Shown here: one piece after another, positions 37,526 to 53,423 of the stretch
Layout: the number at the start of each line of letters is the position of its first letter
Position numbering within the stretch: the stretch's first letter is position 1
Source: Tubulanus polymorphus
Lineage: Eukaryota > Animalia > Nemertea
Direction of reading: 5' to 3'
Length of the DNA stretch: 64,000 bases
Assembly: GCF_964204645.1 (NCBI RefSeq)
Contig: NC_134033.1
Span: forward strand, 9,990,655-10,054,654
Translations under genes and position numbers: made by a program
Notes under the pieces: generated by a model
Told to the model about the DNA's origin: nothing
The model's database searches: none
The model's input: only the letters and a program-made list of their open reading frames with translations

Positions 37526-39890
37526 TATGTAGTATTTAGTAATTTAGGGGGATACATCATGGAGGTTCAAGGCCGCTTTCAGAAACTTACATAATTTGAC
37601 TAGAGTATTTTTTGGGGAGTTGAAAAGGATTATCAGTTTAAAATGACTAGGTCTTGTTAAACAGAATTGTGGTAAGCACTGTGATCTTAGAATTGTATAT
37701 TCTGGACATTCAAATAAAAAGTGATATTCATTCATTTCCAATTACATTTTGGTTGCATTTTGAACAAAATCTCTGGTTTTGGGGTGTATTACTATATCTA
37801 CCGGTTTCAATCGGTAGTTTGTGATTACTACATCTAAACCGGCACAATGTGCGTCGCAATGAAATAGGGAGGTCATGCAAATATGGTTCGAACTTTAGTT
37901 CAGTTTTGATCATAGAATACATAAGTCCTTTTGAGCTGTTACGGCAATCGGCCCTCCATTTTTGAGTTAATTGGTCTTGGAGACGCTGTTTGATCAATTC
38001 ACCAATAAGTTCAGGATTAACTCGCTCGTGATTTACCCAGTAGTTCATAAAACCACACTCATCTAGGATGCATTTTATATAACTTAACCACTTGGTTGTT
38101 TTTCCATGGAGTAAGTGCATATTAAAAAGCATTTTATACATTTGACCCGATAATGTCGATACATCATTCCATAAAAGCTTTGCCCAGAACTTAACCATTT
38201 TACTCTTGATGATTATCGCAAGCGGGGTTCTACCTAATTCACCATAGACCATATAATTTGGGGTAGACCGGTTTAGATGTAATAAATATTTACAAAAACG
38301 CAGGTGGTATTTCTCTAAAATAGCAGTTGATTCGTAACCCCATATTTCACATGCATACGTAAGGATTGGTTCGGCCATAGCATCAAAAAGTTCTAAACCT
38401 ATGTCTGTATCTAAAGAGTACTGTTGGACCTTTTTCAAGACAAAAAAATAGAGCTTTATTTGCACTTTCCCCAATTTTCTTTCGACATTTTGCAAATGTA
38501 CCAGTGTAATTAATTAATATTCCTAAGTAGACAAATTCGTCAACAACTTCGACTTCATGTTGGTGTATAAAAAAAGTTGGTTTTAATCTTGTTTTTCTTT
38601 TTTGGAATACTAGTATTTTAGTCTTTGCTGGGTTGATTTTCAATTTCCATAGGTCACAATATTGAGACAAAGAATCAAGTGCTAATTGTAGGCCTTCCAT
38701 CGAGTCAGATAAAATAAGGGTATCGTCTGCATACAAAAGCACTAAAAGTCTCAACCAGAAATTTACCTCATCATTATTATCAATACATACACTTTGACGC
38801 TGTTCGGACATAATCCCACAGACCAAAATCCCACATCCCATATTCCCATATCCAAAATACCATAAACCAATATCCCACATTATTCCGGACAAAATACCAC
38901 ATTCAGGTTTTAGGAATATATAATCATAATGTATAGTAAAATATTTCTGTTCAAGTATTTTATTCTCAAAGAATATATCAAAAGTTATAAAATCTTCAAA
39001 CGTAAATAATCAGTTTGTTGATATTTGCATGGCCCTTTTGATCTACTGGGAATAATGAATAATAAGTACTCATTAATTATCATTATGTCTAATGTGTTCA
39101 TGCTAATTTCAGCTTAACACTGTTCAAAGATCAAAGTAAGACAATTTGCTGCTTCTATCATCCGTTCATCGGGAAAACAATGAAAATTAGTTACAACTTA
39201 GTTTGCATTGAGTGATTTCAGCTCACCTTTAGGTGTACATGAATATTTAAGTCAAAAAGATCAAAGAAAATAAAACTATTTTAATTTTATCAGGAAAACA
39301 ATGAAAATTAGTTACAGCTTAGTTTGCATTTGAACTGATTTCAGTACACCTTCAGGTGTACATATGTTAAAATTAAACTAAAATTTTTTTTTTAATTTTT
39401 GATTGATTGATTGATTGATTTACGTTTATCGAGCTTATCATAAACCATAGTTTCTAATTTCATTACATAATTTACATGATAAAAAGAAAACATATAAAAT
39501 GCATTAGACTGATAATAGCAAGAACAATTTTAAGATATATGTCTAATCTAAAGCAAATGGAAATGTCACCCAGACCGCTACATCCCCGATTATAGCTCCA
39601 ATACAAATACATCTTTTCATAAAACACTTAGAAAAAACATTAAATGAGCAATGTTCAACTATAAATCCAGTAAATACCGAGGCAAATGTGATTAATTGAT
39701 TATGTAATTGATTCCCAATGATAATATATTTAACAATCTATATTTAATTAGTATTTGTGAGTTCTTATCACTCACATCCATACGTGTTTGAACGTTTTTC
39801 TAATGACTGCTAAACCAGAAGTAATTATCTAATTTAATCAATTCAATGACAATAATTTTGGATTAGAGTTCTTGTCACTAGCTCAAACCT

Positions 39891-40074
<184 letters not shown>

Positions 40075-40113
40075 GATGATTTTTGGTAAAAGCCACATTC
40101 AGTGTGACACAGT

Positions 40114-41772
40114 GTGACAGAGAACAAGGCAGAATTAATTAAAACAGGGAAAGGCGGATTCAAGATATGTCTAAATGGCTACATGTACGTGAAGAAATAT
40201 ACTACAAAAAAGCAAATAAGATGGAACTGTGTGAAAAACAAAGCTGATGGATGTCGTGGTGCTACTATAACAGATCTACAGATGGAAAATCCGATGGAAA
40301 CAGTTGACCATAACCATATCGCCGATACCACTGCCGTAGCAGTCACCAAAACAAGATTGGCGATGAAGAAAATTGCATCAGATGCGACCGCAACTAATCC
40401 GGTCCAAATATATAGCAGGGTCATGGCAGAAGTTGATGATGATGGTGTCAGGGCTCGAATGGCAAGGGAAGAAGTTTGCAAAAGGTCAATTCGTCGTGAA
40501 AAAAGGAAGAATCTACCTAAAGAGCCACAAAGTCTCGAGGAACTAGTCATCGAAGGAAAATGGGCTTCTACCTCCCTTGACGATGGACAAGAAGAACGAT
40601 TTTTACTCTACGACAACAGAACCACAGGGCGGCGAATAGTAATATTTGCAACAGAAAATGGTATTGGGAAATTGGGAGAAGCAAGAGCATGGTTCATGGA
40701 CGGAACCTTTTCGATGGCACCACCATTATTTGAACAGGTTTGCGTCATCCAGGTGCCACTCGGAGAAACTGCAATTACAGCCGCGTATTGTCTTCTTGAA
40801 AGGAAAGATGAATCCACATACCAGGAGATGTTACAGGTAGTTATCTATCTTAATCTAAATTAAACAATTTACAGAGAAAATTTGAAATTCTTTCAATTAC
40901 TTTACTACAAGCTAATACCTCGGATTTAAAGATTTTGGCGCTAAATAGAATACGTTATCTCGGAGTAAATACAAGAATTTGATATTCTGAATGTACTGAG
41001 TCACTTTCGTACTTATTACATTAAGTTTGTAAAATTGTTTTCTATTTTGATTTTGTAGGTTATAATAAGAGAGTGCGAAAAACGGGAGCTCTTTCCAGAT
41101 CCTGAGTTCATCATGGCAGACTTTGAAAAGGCAGTTCAAAATGCCGTGAACACTGCATTCGATGGGCAGTCAACATGGAGGAAGATACAACAGTTGGGGC
41201 TTACACAATTGTACAAAGAAGATGAGAATTTTCAGCTGTTTGTTGGAATGCTGGATGGTCTAGCATTTCTCCCGGTTGATGATGTTCCTGCGGGACTCGC
41301 TTATTTACTAGACTCTATTCCGGATGGAGCTGTCGAGTTAGTGGACTATTCCAACGCCACATACGTTACAGGCAGTTATAAGAGAGTTCGAGCACCTGAT
41401 GGATTAGCGCGACTGAGGCGGGTGCCGCCTCTGTATCCACCAGCAGTGTGGAACGTGCATCAGGCAACAATCAATGATGATGCACGTACAAACAATATTT
41501 GCGAATCGTGGAACTGTAAGTTTTTTAATATCGTTGGGCATCATCACCCCTCAATTTGGCGAACTGTTGCCAGCTTTCAACAGGACAATGCGTCGGTTTC
41601 AGCTGCAATTGCACAGGACAATATCGGACAACGCCCAACCAAACGAGTACGCCGCAAATATGTCGACCTTCAACACCGTTTAAAAAATCTGTGTGAAGAT
41701 TATAATACTGGACAAAAAACCATCAGGGAATTTCTTCGTGGGATCGGGCATAATATGCGGCTTTTAAGTTAA
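40114..41772 (+). pseudogene. FLYWCH-MULE transposase, two exons (intron 40837-41058), lacking the CxxH motif
   Basis: FLYWCH (GYMY..RWNC..GCRG..HNH), WFMDGTF, MADFEKA, RTNNICESWN; GT-AG intron keeps the frame; AFDG|QSTWRK lacks the usual CFFH. Start codon not identified. Confidence 0.88.
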
Positions 41773-44700
41773 ACTTATTATAATATTAGATATATATATA
41801 ATATCAACGTATCAGTCATTCTGCATCATTATTGAAAATAACTTTGTATAACTTTGTATGATCATCATTATCATTTATATATCTACTTTTTTATCTTTGT
41901 AAAAGAATCACCTGTGCTGCCGTTTATGTGACTTTCTTTTACTGTGAATAAATTTTATGTTCGCAACTCTTGAAAGTGATAAATGAAATAAGATATTTCT
42001 AGATAAAAAAAGTATATATTGTTAAGTGATTCTTGATGATTAAAGTTGTCTTTGTTTCTATCTATATCACTTAAGCATAATCACTAATTTTCTTGCAATG
42101 AAAGGTGAACAGAAATCAGCAGCAGCACACTGAGACAATCAATAATTAGTGTATATAACTTATTATTAAAATGGATCAAATGCCCAGGGGTATATTGAAT
42201 TCAACACATAATCAAGTATCCTAAAATACTTGAACAACGAAATAACATATCTTGTATATCATATATCTACATCCCTAAAATACTTATATGTGGTATTTTG
42301 TCCGGAATAATGTGGGATATTGGTTTATGGTATTTTGGATCTGGGAATACGGCATGTGGGATTTTGGACAGTGGGATTATGTCCTGGATTCTCAAAAGTC
42401 AACGTTGCAAAATCGAAATCGAGATGTCCCTCTGGGAGTTCAGTATTATCATAGTTGGGTTTTCTATTTAGTGTTTGAAAATGGTTCACCAAGTCGTCAA
42501 AATTTGCTTCACATTGTGGTGCATTCGCCTTTTTGCGGAAAAACTTCCAGAAACTTTTAGGATCAGACTTCTTTAACATTCTAATTTCGTGATTAGTTCC
42601 TGTCGTGCGCGCATTTCGTTCACGATTAACCGATTGTTTATAGTTAGTGTATGCGTTGTTCAGAATTTGTTTAGTTTGTTCATTTTTGATACTCTTATAG
42701 TGCCTTTTGGCTCGCCTATATGCCCGGCGCTTTTCTATGACATTACGTGAATGGTGACGTGAGGCTTTATCCTTGTTGGTGCGTTTACCTAGTAATCTTT
42801 CCCCCATTGTATCTAGAGCCGTTCGCCTTAACGTGTCACAGAGACGTTTGTAACAAGTGTTAGGTTCCGCCTGGTTTAATAAATCTTGCTGGATAATATC
42901 AATGTCCGTACCATTATGGATTTCAATTAATCTTTCGTGATCTATTTACAGGTTCTTCGTTGGTGTCATTTATTATTGTTGATTTGCTAGAAATTTTGAT
43001 TTCGATAGGGCAATGAACATCTGAAAATAGTCGGTCGAAACACAACACTTTAAAATGCACGATTTTTTCAAATAAGGGATAACTCGCTATGCCGTAAGCG
43101 ACCACATGAAAATTATCTGACTTAACGCATGTGTGTTTGCCCACATTTTTATCTTCACCGATACGACCATTACATATGAATATAGTGTGTGATTTACAAA
43201 ATTCGACTAGTCTGTAACCATAATTGTTGATGCCGTTATCGGAATTGGTTCTTTGTAGCATATCATTTACAGTTAACGAGCGAACAGCTAAAACGTCGTC
43301 TTGAAAAATTTCACCAAGGTCTAAATATTCTATATATCTTTCATCAATGGGCGTATAGTCTAAAAGGTTGCAAGTGTGAGCGTTGAAATCGCCACACAAT
43401 AAGAGGTATTCATTGTCACAGTCAAGTGATATTAATTCAGAATCTAAATCGTCGAACAATTCGACTCTTCCGTAAATACTACTCTCAGGGGGGATATACA
43501 CGGAACCTAAAGTAAATCTTTATCTTCATTTAACATTTTTTATCAAACTTAAGCCAGTGAATTAGTTTACTCGTTTTCTTCTCCATGTTTACATATTTTT
43601 TCAGTACCTTTTTTATAAGAATGAAAATTCCACCTGACCGTCTCACTGATAGATTTGTTCGGTTGTTCACATATGGGAAAAATCCAAGCTTTTCACAGAA
43701 GTCATTCAGCCAAAAACTCGTCTGAACTGTCTAGTTTTGTCTCGGTGAGAATTATTATATCGTTACGGAGTAGAAGATCAATAAATTCATCGTATTTACT
43801 TTTCGATTTAAGCCCGCAAACATTTAAGTTCAACAGTGATATACTAGGGGTGTTTCCACTTTTCGTATCCACCCAATCCTATTCCGCGTTCATCTCTAGT
43901 ATTGCCCGTGCATTTTCTAAGGCGGCACTAATGCTCTATCGGGTCCAGTATTTTCAGTAATCATGCTGTCGGTCGATGTCGATGCTTTCGCTTTCTTAGG
44001 TACTTGTTTCACCCTCTCTCGTCCGCTATTATTTTGCTGCTGTTGTGTGGGGGTTTCTTCCGTGATATCTGCGGATGGGGGTATCTCGCGTTTTTTGTCG
44101 TCTTTTCTTCTAGCTGTTTCTACCTGTCTGCTCGTATTATCTTCTAGTGTCAGTGTAGTTATTATCGGGCTCTTGGTTGTTGATCAGTCGACTGTTGCTA
44201 GCCATTTTTAGATTTTTTCCACCAGGTATCATGTGTAATAGTTTACGGGTGTTAATTTCGTGAAGGCGCTCTATATGAGATTTGCTGCGTCTGAGCCATA
44301 CATCTACGAATTTCCTGTTGTTTTTCAGTTTACGCTTAGCTCGCAGTATTTCGATTTTAATGTTTTTGTTCTCGAATGCTAACTTGACGAGTGGTGGTTC
44401 CTTGGTTGTTCGTTGTCTGAGTCTAATACACTTTACAATTTTAGGGGCAGGTTCTGCAAGCAGGGAGAGCATTTCGGTACATACAATGTTTTAGTTCTCG
44501 TTTTCTTCCATTCTGAGTCCAGAAATAATCACACAGTTGTCGGGGTCGTCTAGAGGATCTCGCTTTATTTTGGAATTCACTTCTATTTGCAATTCCATGC
44601 ATAAATTTTCCATTTTTTTCATGTCGGATTTTGATGCTGCCACTTTTGCATTTTGCTATCGTGGTATTGGCTTTTTTAAGTTTCGCGGTGAGGGTGGCAT

Positions 44701-47700
44701 TTTCTTCGGCTATATCATCTAGTTTTGCGCTGGTGAACTCAGAGGAAGTTTTAAGATCCGAAATATCAGTACGGTGTGTGCCGACTTCACTGGTCAGCTC
44801 CGTGATTTTGGTACTGTGCTCATCGGTTCTATCGATCAGAATATTGAGTTTTGTTTCGAACACAGTTTGTTTCGACTCGACATTTTCTATAGATTTTTGT
44901 AACTTGTCGAATGCATTGCGGACGAACTGCTCGAAGTCGTTATTCATGGTTGCACACGTAAAATGTGAATCGATCCTGATATGGAGTATATTGAAGTCCG
45001 TCCTATCACCAATCCAATATGGGGGTTTCTGTATTGTACTGTCCTGTACTGCGGACAAAATGGCGGTGGTAAATCTACTGTACACAACCGAATAATTTTT
45101 CAAGTTCCACAAATCACACTGTAGAATGGGGCTTTTACTCACAGTTTACACAACTCGACAGGGAAACATCTCACACATCTTCAGTACATTTTTCATTGCG
45201 AAATTATTCCGAAAAACTATCCAATTTTGATGTTTTTACAGAGAACATAATTATGTGACCAGTGGTGTAGCAGTGCCACCTAAAGCTAAACCAAACAGAG
45301 TCATACGCAATAACTGATACAAAGAAGGAAATTCGTCCGCATTAATGATTTTCTGAATTCCAATCGCAACCACAGTTTTGCACAACGTCACGACATGTGT
45401 CTCATGCGATTTGATACGGTTTTCTGCCGTGAAAACAACTGATGATCTCATTAACTCCTTGCTAGGACCAGACAGCCAGTTTTTGTTTTTAACAAGTTCG
45501 TCATAATCACATCCGCGCGATAGAATATCCGCACAATTCTCATGTGACGGACAATGCTTCCAAGCTGTATTCGTGGTTAAACATTGAATTTCCTCGACCC
45601 ATCTTCTGACAAAACGGTCACGGTTGGCTGAACCCACAATCCAACTCAAAACTATAGTACTATAGTACAATACACAGTTTTCGATATTGATACGCGCTTT
45701 TTGTAGCGAATTATAGATATGACACATTAATCGAGACCCAATGACGGCTGCCATTAACTCTAACTTCGGTAACGAATTTTTCCTAAGAGGCGCAACTCGC
45801 GACTTCGCTAAACAGAACGAAAATTCGTCACCAGCACATAGATACGCAACCGAACCATTATCTCGCTCGCTAGCGTCCACAAAAATATGAAGTTCTGTAG
45901 GATAAGCTATATCACCATCGAAGTATTGACGTGAACAGGAGAAACTGGATGCAGCTTCAAGACTCTTAACAATACTTCTCCAGATTTCACAGAGTTCAGG
46001 TGACAATTGTTGATCCCAGTTAGCATTTTCCCGCCATAGTCGTTGAATAAACAACTTTGCATTCATGACCACTTGAGCGACGAATCCAAGTGGATCGAAC
46101 ACACGCGATGAGTGCCGTAAAACATCTCGTTTAGTAATGACGTCATATCCGGTATAAACACGCGCTGAAGACCGATTTCATCGACAGATACAGTCCACTC
46201 CAGTCCAAGGTTTTTTGCGATAGGTACATCTGAAGAAACATTTTCGGATTTAGCTTTAGCTGTAACATCAGTACTATTGGAGACAAACGAACGAATATTA
46301 AATCCACCGTCAGCAAATATACTTCTCATTGTAGAATAAATAAAGCCTGCCTCATGTGTTTCAACGCTTATAGATACATTGTCCACATAAATATTGTCTG
46401 AGATAATTGTGGCAATATCAGATGAATAACTTTTCAAATGTTTCAAAACAGTCGCGTTTAGTATGAACGGCGTACTGCGAGCACCGAATAACACAACTTT
46501 AAAGCGATAGAGTTTGAATCCTTTCGATGGATCATTGATATCTGTAATCCATAGAAATCTAGTAAAGTCACGATCGGGTGTTTTCAATCGAATTTGTAAA
46601 AAGGCCTTTTCTATATCGGCCAATATCGCGACATTTTTCAGACGAAAACGCAACAATATAGAAATAATGTCATTCTGTAGTGCAGGGCCCGTTTCCAGAC
46701 AATCATTCAAGCTGGCAGAGTTTTTCGTTTCTCGACAACTACAGTCATATACTATCCTGACAGGTGTTGTTGCCGAGTTTCGGTAAACCGGGTGATGTGC
46801 GAGATAGTGACATGAACCAGAAGGTAACTCGTATTCGTCAAGTGGAACCTCTTCGATAAATCCGCGCATCTTTTGATCGCGTATAATGTCATTATAAGTA
46901 AGCATTAATCCTTTATTACGCAAACGATTGACTGTCGAACGTGTACGATTCATAACGACGTTAAAATTATCTGGTAACGAACAATGTTCCAATTTCCACA
47001 GTAATGATGCTACATAATGTTCACCATCAAACGTTATAGAGTCAATATAATCCTGTAGATTTATTTCACGTGTTTTCACAGTGTCTGGGTGTTCTATACC
47101 AAGTGTTTCTATTGACCACAAACGCGTTATAACATCTGGAGCATCATCTGCTGCAATCATAAATTGCGATACTGAGTCTGTTCTATGTTTAATCGAAATT
47201 GGCCCCGATAACAGGTAACCAATCTTAGATTTGATAGCTACGGGTCCATTACCGCGTATGATGTCACCATCTAATATTTCCCAATAATGATCAGCGCCTA
47301 TCAATAACTGAACGCTGAAATTGTCTTGTCATTTAACGGGTGCGCTAGTTTAATGTTGCGTAGATGATCTAAGTTCGTAATCTCGGTACCGACATGATTA
47401 CGGATAGGTGCGGATATACTAGGCACGATTAATACTGTAAGCGGAATGTTCTGTCCAGTATCAATAACTAATTTCACATTAGCACGCTCAAATGTCCTAA
47501 ATTCCGGATCCTTATTGAATGCCGCAATAGAAAGCGATTCTGAGCCATCGGCTTTAATTTCAAGTAAATCGGCCAATTCCTGTGTCATAAATGTCCGCTG
47601 TGAACCGCCATCAAATGAGATCCGGGCGTCAGTTGTCAAATGTCCAGTACTCACTGGCGCGATAGCAGTTTCTAACATCACACTAACATTAAGATATTGA

Positions 47701-50289
47701 CAAACAGAAGTCTGAACCACAGCATCGGAAGCAGAAATGACAATATCGCTTGATTCGGACTGTTGAACGGTTGAACTATTTGAGTCAGGAACGCTTCCCT
47801 GAGCAGTTGCAAGATTTTTACTCGTTAAATTGTCTCTTTCGCATATGCTAGTATGATGCAGTTTTTTGCACGATTTACATCGAGTTTGAGATGCACATTG
47901 ACGAGCCATGTGAAATTTGCGCAAGCAATTTAAACATAATCGTTTTTGTTTGATAATCATTTTCCGATCAGACACAGTTTTGTATTTAGTACAGTTCATG
48001 GACGCGTGCTGACCTTCACAATAAGCACAGTTACGGTTCGTGCGTTCATATTTAGACGAAGAGACGACAAATGTTGTTATTTCTCCAGTTCCATACCCGG
48101 TTGAAGGAATTGTATGACGAATATCAACTGATTCTAAAATTTCAAGTTCACGATACATACATTCTATCAATGAACGAAACGACCAATTCACACTGCCATT
48201 TGCGCAAGCCATATTGCGAACGAAATCAGCTTGTAACTTCTCAAGGATGACCGGAGTCAAAAAATCGCCATAATGTTCACTAGGTTTACCTAACGATTCC
48301 AATGACCTGACGTAATTCTGTATTTCATCGTAGAATTTACGTAACGATATAGTTTTATTTTCCGGTTTCGCTTTATTCAGCAAAGCTTTCATATACGCAT
48401 TAGTCAACTTAAAGTCTTGTCCGAAGCGATCTTTTAGAACAGATACAGCCCTGGAATAATTACTATTGGTCACAGTTATTCCTGATATGCATGAAAGAGC
48501 CTCGCCGGAAAGCTGACCCTTTGGTAGGCAAACTTATTGACATCCGATAGACGATGATTGTTATGAATCGACGACTCGTAAGTGTCCCAAAAATTTTGCC
48601 AGTGCAGTATATTTCCATCGAAACTCGGCAAAACTAACTTTGGCAGATTCACAAATGAATTATTGGAAGTTTGTTCCGGAACGACTCTTACTCCTGAATC
48701 CAATGATTTAACAAATCGTTCCACCTTATACATAGTTTTTTCTGCCGTAAAATCAAACTCGTCATGCTCTTTATACAGACTGTCGATTACAGTTCCATTA
48801 GTTACTACACTTAGAATGTTCTCGTGAACTTCTTGTAGCTCCGAGAGTTTCTTTTGTAGTTTCCGTAACAAGAGTTCAAGTTCCGAGTAACGATCAGTAA
48901 TTTCACTGTTAATAATGTTTTCACACTCAGTTATATATCTAGTAACTGATCCTCTGAGTCCACGGCGTCGATTCTTTTGCAACGTTACTTCCTCATCCAT
49001 ACGGTAGTTCTCGAGGGACCATTTAATGTAGGCAAAGACGTTAAACAAGCTTCGTATCAACACAAACAAAACAAGAAATTTATTACAACCGATGTATACA
49101 GCTTGCGTGCAATTGAACATGGCCAACCTGCGCTGAGCATGCCGGGAATCTCATACACCAACCGCGAAAATCAAACAACCGGAAATAACCCGACAACGAC
49201 ACCTGAAAATCGACGCCTATCGATAGAAACTATAGATGTATTCTCAGATCATCAATATGAAATTGACAGTTGTTATCGTGAAGCTATGCCTTCCTGTTCA
49301 GTCTTAGGTCACGTGCTAAATATCAGTCTCGCATTTAACCATATGATATCTAAATATGAATTATGGGGGACACCACTGATACGTAATTGTAATACAGTGT
49401 AAATATCAAGAATTAAAACAAAATGAACTGATTTCAGGTTTTAGGGGTTGAAACACGAGAGATCAAACAAACCTCTAGTCCTGATACTAAATTATTTTAA
49501 TGTTTCTAATTCGACTGACAGAAATATAAATTATTACATCAGATTCCTGTTAAAATTTATCAGACAAGCATCCTACGCTAATTCTACTGATGATCGCATA
49601 TAGGGGATTTTATATCACTAACAAACATGGCACGTGAAATATATACATAAAATAAATTGTTATAACTGATATTGAATTATTTCAAAAGTACACAGGAAAC
49701 AATAAAAAAAAGAAATATTTCATTATCAGTATACGCAAATGTAAAAAAAAGTGTTTGTTTGACTTATAAAAAAGCAGTCCAGTGGTTATTACTCGTGGTC
49801 TGATGGTAAACCGTTGTCGAGTGGGTTCAAACTGCTGTTAACGAATCAATACCAGAAGAAGTAATCCACGAGGATAAACGAACTGGGTTCGATTACCGTA
49901 CCAAATTATACCAACGCATACAACATTCATTTGTGAAACAGAGAGAAAGACTTTAATACATCATCACCAAACGATACAACTGAAACCGAGCAGCTTTGAA
50001 CGATTTACGTGACTCCACGTTTCTAAGAGGGTGGATTCGTATAGAAGCTATCAGATACTTACAGCCTGGAAAACACTTCATACAACAATTTTGACAATCC
50101 AGCTAGCCAGAAGAATGTGTTTTAAAATAGGCGATAACATAGGTAGAATAAAATAGAATATTGAAATATGTATTTGATAAATGTTTTCAACTATCGGCAT
50201 CAATTTGGCGCTATACAGGTACTGACAAACGATACAAGCGGGAGGACAGAGGTAACAACCAGTTGTAATCAGGGATTCGGCTAACATAT

Positions 50290-52060
50290 ATTAAAACAGT
50301 GAAATGGTCGGTAACTGCCTTCGATAATGTCACAGATGTACGAGGGCAATCCGTGTTATGTTCTTATAATTTAACTGGTGAAGAATTTCTACAAGTGAAG
50401 GTTAAATCGTGGCAGTTTCAATGTACGAGGCACGATCAAAAGGTGTATCCATCGCGACCATCCAGGTGACCATCGCGTGACACTAGAAACGACTGTCAAC
50501 ACGGTGGAATTGAACTCGATTGTTCGGGTACAAACGTTTATTCATGATAATACGACTTATTCCAACCCTAATATAATTGCTAATGGTTTTAATAATTAGC
50601 TTTAATAATTAATAATGTTTTTTTAGTCAAATATATCTGCAATTTATGCCGCGTCGATTCGAGTTATGATTTTTATCGAATAATCGAATTAGATTTAATG
50701 AATCGACATTACTTCTTTGTATACCTTCTTGTATATATAATTAATATTTTCCCCAATGATTTATCTGACACTGTCTTCAACGCTTTTTCTGGTCCAACCC
50801 GTTTAAAACGACTTTTACACGTTGGGAATCCGATGAGAGATTTGAACGACGACAGCTTCAACGGTTTGACGTCACTGCCGGTTGTGAATCTATCTATATC
50901 GGTTCTTACTCGTAACGTTATTCTAGTTTTACCGGCTCCGAAATATTTGAACATCACGGTAACGTAATCAGTTCAACGTCCAGATACGCGTTTTCTGGTT
51001 GAATTTACTGGGAATTCTAGATTGCACCAACAGATCTCGAATAATTTCTAAGGGAAAATATATTTGATAATCTGGCGTCTTTATATTTTCTTCCACCGGA
51101 TTGGGAATAGATTCTGTTTCATGGCATCGAATATAGACTGTCACTTTTCATATAAAATAATTTGGTTTAAGGCCGATTTAAGTTTTATTAGAAACGCAAA
51201 GTAAACCGTCAGAGGTTCTCATAATTAATATTATTTGTCATTTCCTGATACCTGATGTCTGTTTATCTGGTTCTGATCGCTGCAACTGATCACGTTTATA
51301 AAGGTGCTTGTTTTCTGAATTTTGAATGAAACAATGACTCATAGTTCATTATGAAGTGTTGCCGGAATTTTGGTGACGATATCTTGTGAAGGCTCTTTAA
51401 CAGTTTTCTTTCTCCTCACGCGTTGCAGATAATCATGTATCGTCGATCCATTTTCCGGTAAACCACTTAAATCCTCAAACACGGGTTTGATTCTTTCGTG
51501 TTTATGTTGATATTTCTGAGTTGAATTGCTTTTCTGCCGCTAAGTCGTCTTATTTCGGTGATAATTTTTACGGTAGCACGGTATCTGTTTAGCTACCGAT
51601 GTCAATGGTTGGCAATATTCGTTCGCTACATTCGCTGTATTAAATGCGATCATTCTCACTCTGATAATGATGTCGTACGCGCAGATTTACACGTATGTAT
51701 CTGGAAGCAGGTCCGGCTCGAAAAGAGCTGATCATACTGAACTCGTTCTAGCTCGACGCAGTTTAGTCATCAGTCTGTGTAATTTATTTTTGTTGGTTAC
51801 CGTTAAAAGTCGTTAAGTTCTAGGCCGCATTTTTGGTCGAGATACCGATTCAGATTGCCGCTGGGCTGGCCGATAATCCCTACACTGAACCAACTTCTTT
51901 ACACTATTCTAACTATTGATATAAAATCCAATCGAGCTCGAAATGAACGCAGAAAACGACAACTAATCAAATGGGTTAAAACCTCACAACGTCGATGTCG
52001 ACAACAAATTCAATTTTTTTTCATTTATTTAGAAATCAAAATCCATGAGAATCAAATATG
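50290..52060 (+). pseudogene. LDLa/LRR-containing GPCR (GRL101/LGR-like) pseudogene, no introns evident
   Basis: LRRs (NAFSGPTRLKRL..GNPMRDLNDDSFNGLTSL; IFDNLASLYFL), TM5 GWQYSFATFAVLNAIILTLIMMSYAQIY, TM6-7 CWLP...VEIPIQIAA...LNQLLYT; many stops and indels. Confidence 0.75.
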
Positions 52061-52659
52061 TATATTTTTGTGATTCGAACTTACTGGATATCATTTTACA
52101 ATATTATACGGTATGCACCATAGTTTTAACCCACAGTTTTACTACATTGAAATCGATAGCAAGTCTGTTTCCATTTAACCCTAGGTTAACCAGGAAAACG
52201 CCAACATTATCTAACATTATATGTCGTTTTTCGACGAATCCAAATATTTTCGAAGCCACAGTTAAATATGATTTCGAAAGGTAAAATTTTTATTAACACT
52301 TATAACTGGTTAGAATTAGTAAAACGTATTCCTGGTGTGAAAGGGGTGTTTAATGAGGGCTGTTTTATGATATCAAACGGTCTTCATGACCTGTCTAATT
52401 TAAGAACATTTATCTGATCTTAGATATTTTTTTCAGTTCAAGTAGTTTTATTTATTCTGGTTCGGAGCAACCATATAATTCTTTAGTAGATAGGAATTCA
52501 CATATTGTACTTTAAACCAGTTACCAATTTTCATATTTTCGAACGTAATTATAAGCTGGTTCCTCAGTTTTAGACCCAGTTCTACAGTGCCCCGCTAATT
52601 CCACAGTTCTGGAACATACAGTCTATTATTTTACAACGGCTCAATCGGTTCAAACGGTT

Positions 52660-53423
52660 CTATCGGTTCGATTGGGTGATATGGGTCGACATATGGATAG
52701 TATGAGGCTGATGCCACCAAACACCAGTTAAATAAAAAACCAACAGGAGAATCCAGATCGCATGACAACAAATACCACTAACCAGAGCGACTATCGACCA
52801 ATTCCTCGCCTCACGAGACATCATTTTAGCTCTGATATCTCCATTATCGGCGTAAACCTTGGCAGTCATAGCTTTGATCAAAGCGATTATTCCCACTGGC
52901 AAACAGCAACATATCATCGTACAGATTGCGAAAACAGTAAAATCAGGGACTCGATCTCTTTCAATGACTCGAGCTGGTTCCCGGACAGTGATTACTGTCG
53001 GAGCCTTTCTCGGCTGGTCGTAACCATAATCAGACTGAGACTGTGGCGGTCTGTTCGGTGTCTGGTTCGCTGCACCTGCAAGAGATGAAGTCAAACTACG
53101 TAGACTGGAACTTCGTGGAACCGGGCATGGTTTATTGTTCTACTTAAATATTATCTACAAGGTGCCCGTATTCCCCAACCCGTTAAATCTGCAAGGTGCC
53201 AAGAATCCCAGATCACACGTGACTTACAAGGTCCCATAATAATAAAAATAATAATATAATAGTAATAGTAATAGTAATAGTAAGTATATAGCGTTATTTT
53301 CATTACAGACTCGTAACGCTTTACATAAAACAGAATAAGTAATAGGATTAGCATGAAGTATACGGACTCACTTGTAAGAGGTCTATTTGGTCCATAGTTA
53401 TACCGCGGTGCTGGGGTTTCCAT
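52660..53423 (-). CDS. Dispanin/CD225-family (PRRT1/IFITM-like) membrane protein A; exons 53423-53372 and 53075-52660
   Basis: PDFTVFAICTMICCCLPVGIIAL...GD...SREARNW CD225 pattern plus a second TM; phase-1 intron gtgagt...ttgcag joins METPAPRYNY in frame. Confidence 0.88.

Noticed and set aside
36914-37560. MYVC/IHTY repeat ORFs
   Set aside because: Translations of the (ATAC)n microsatellite.
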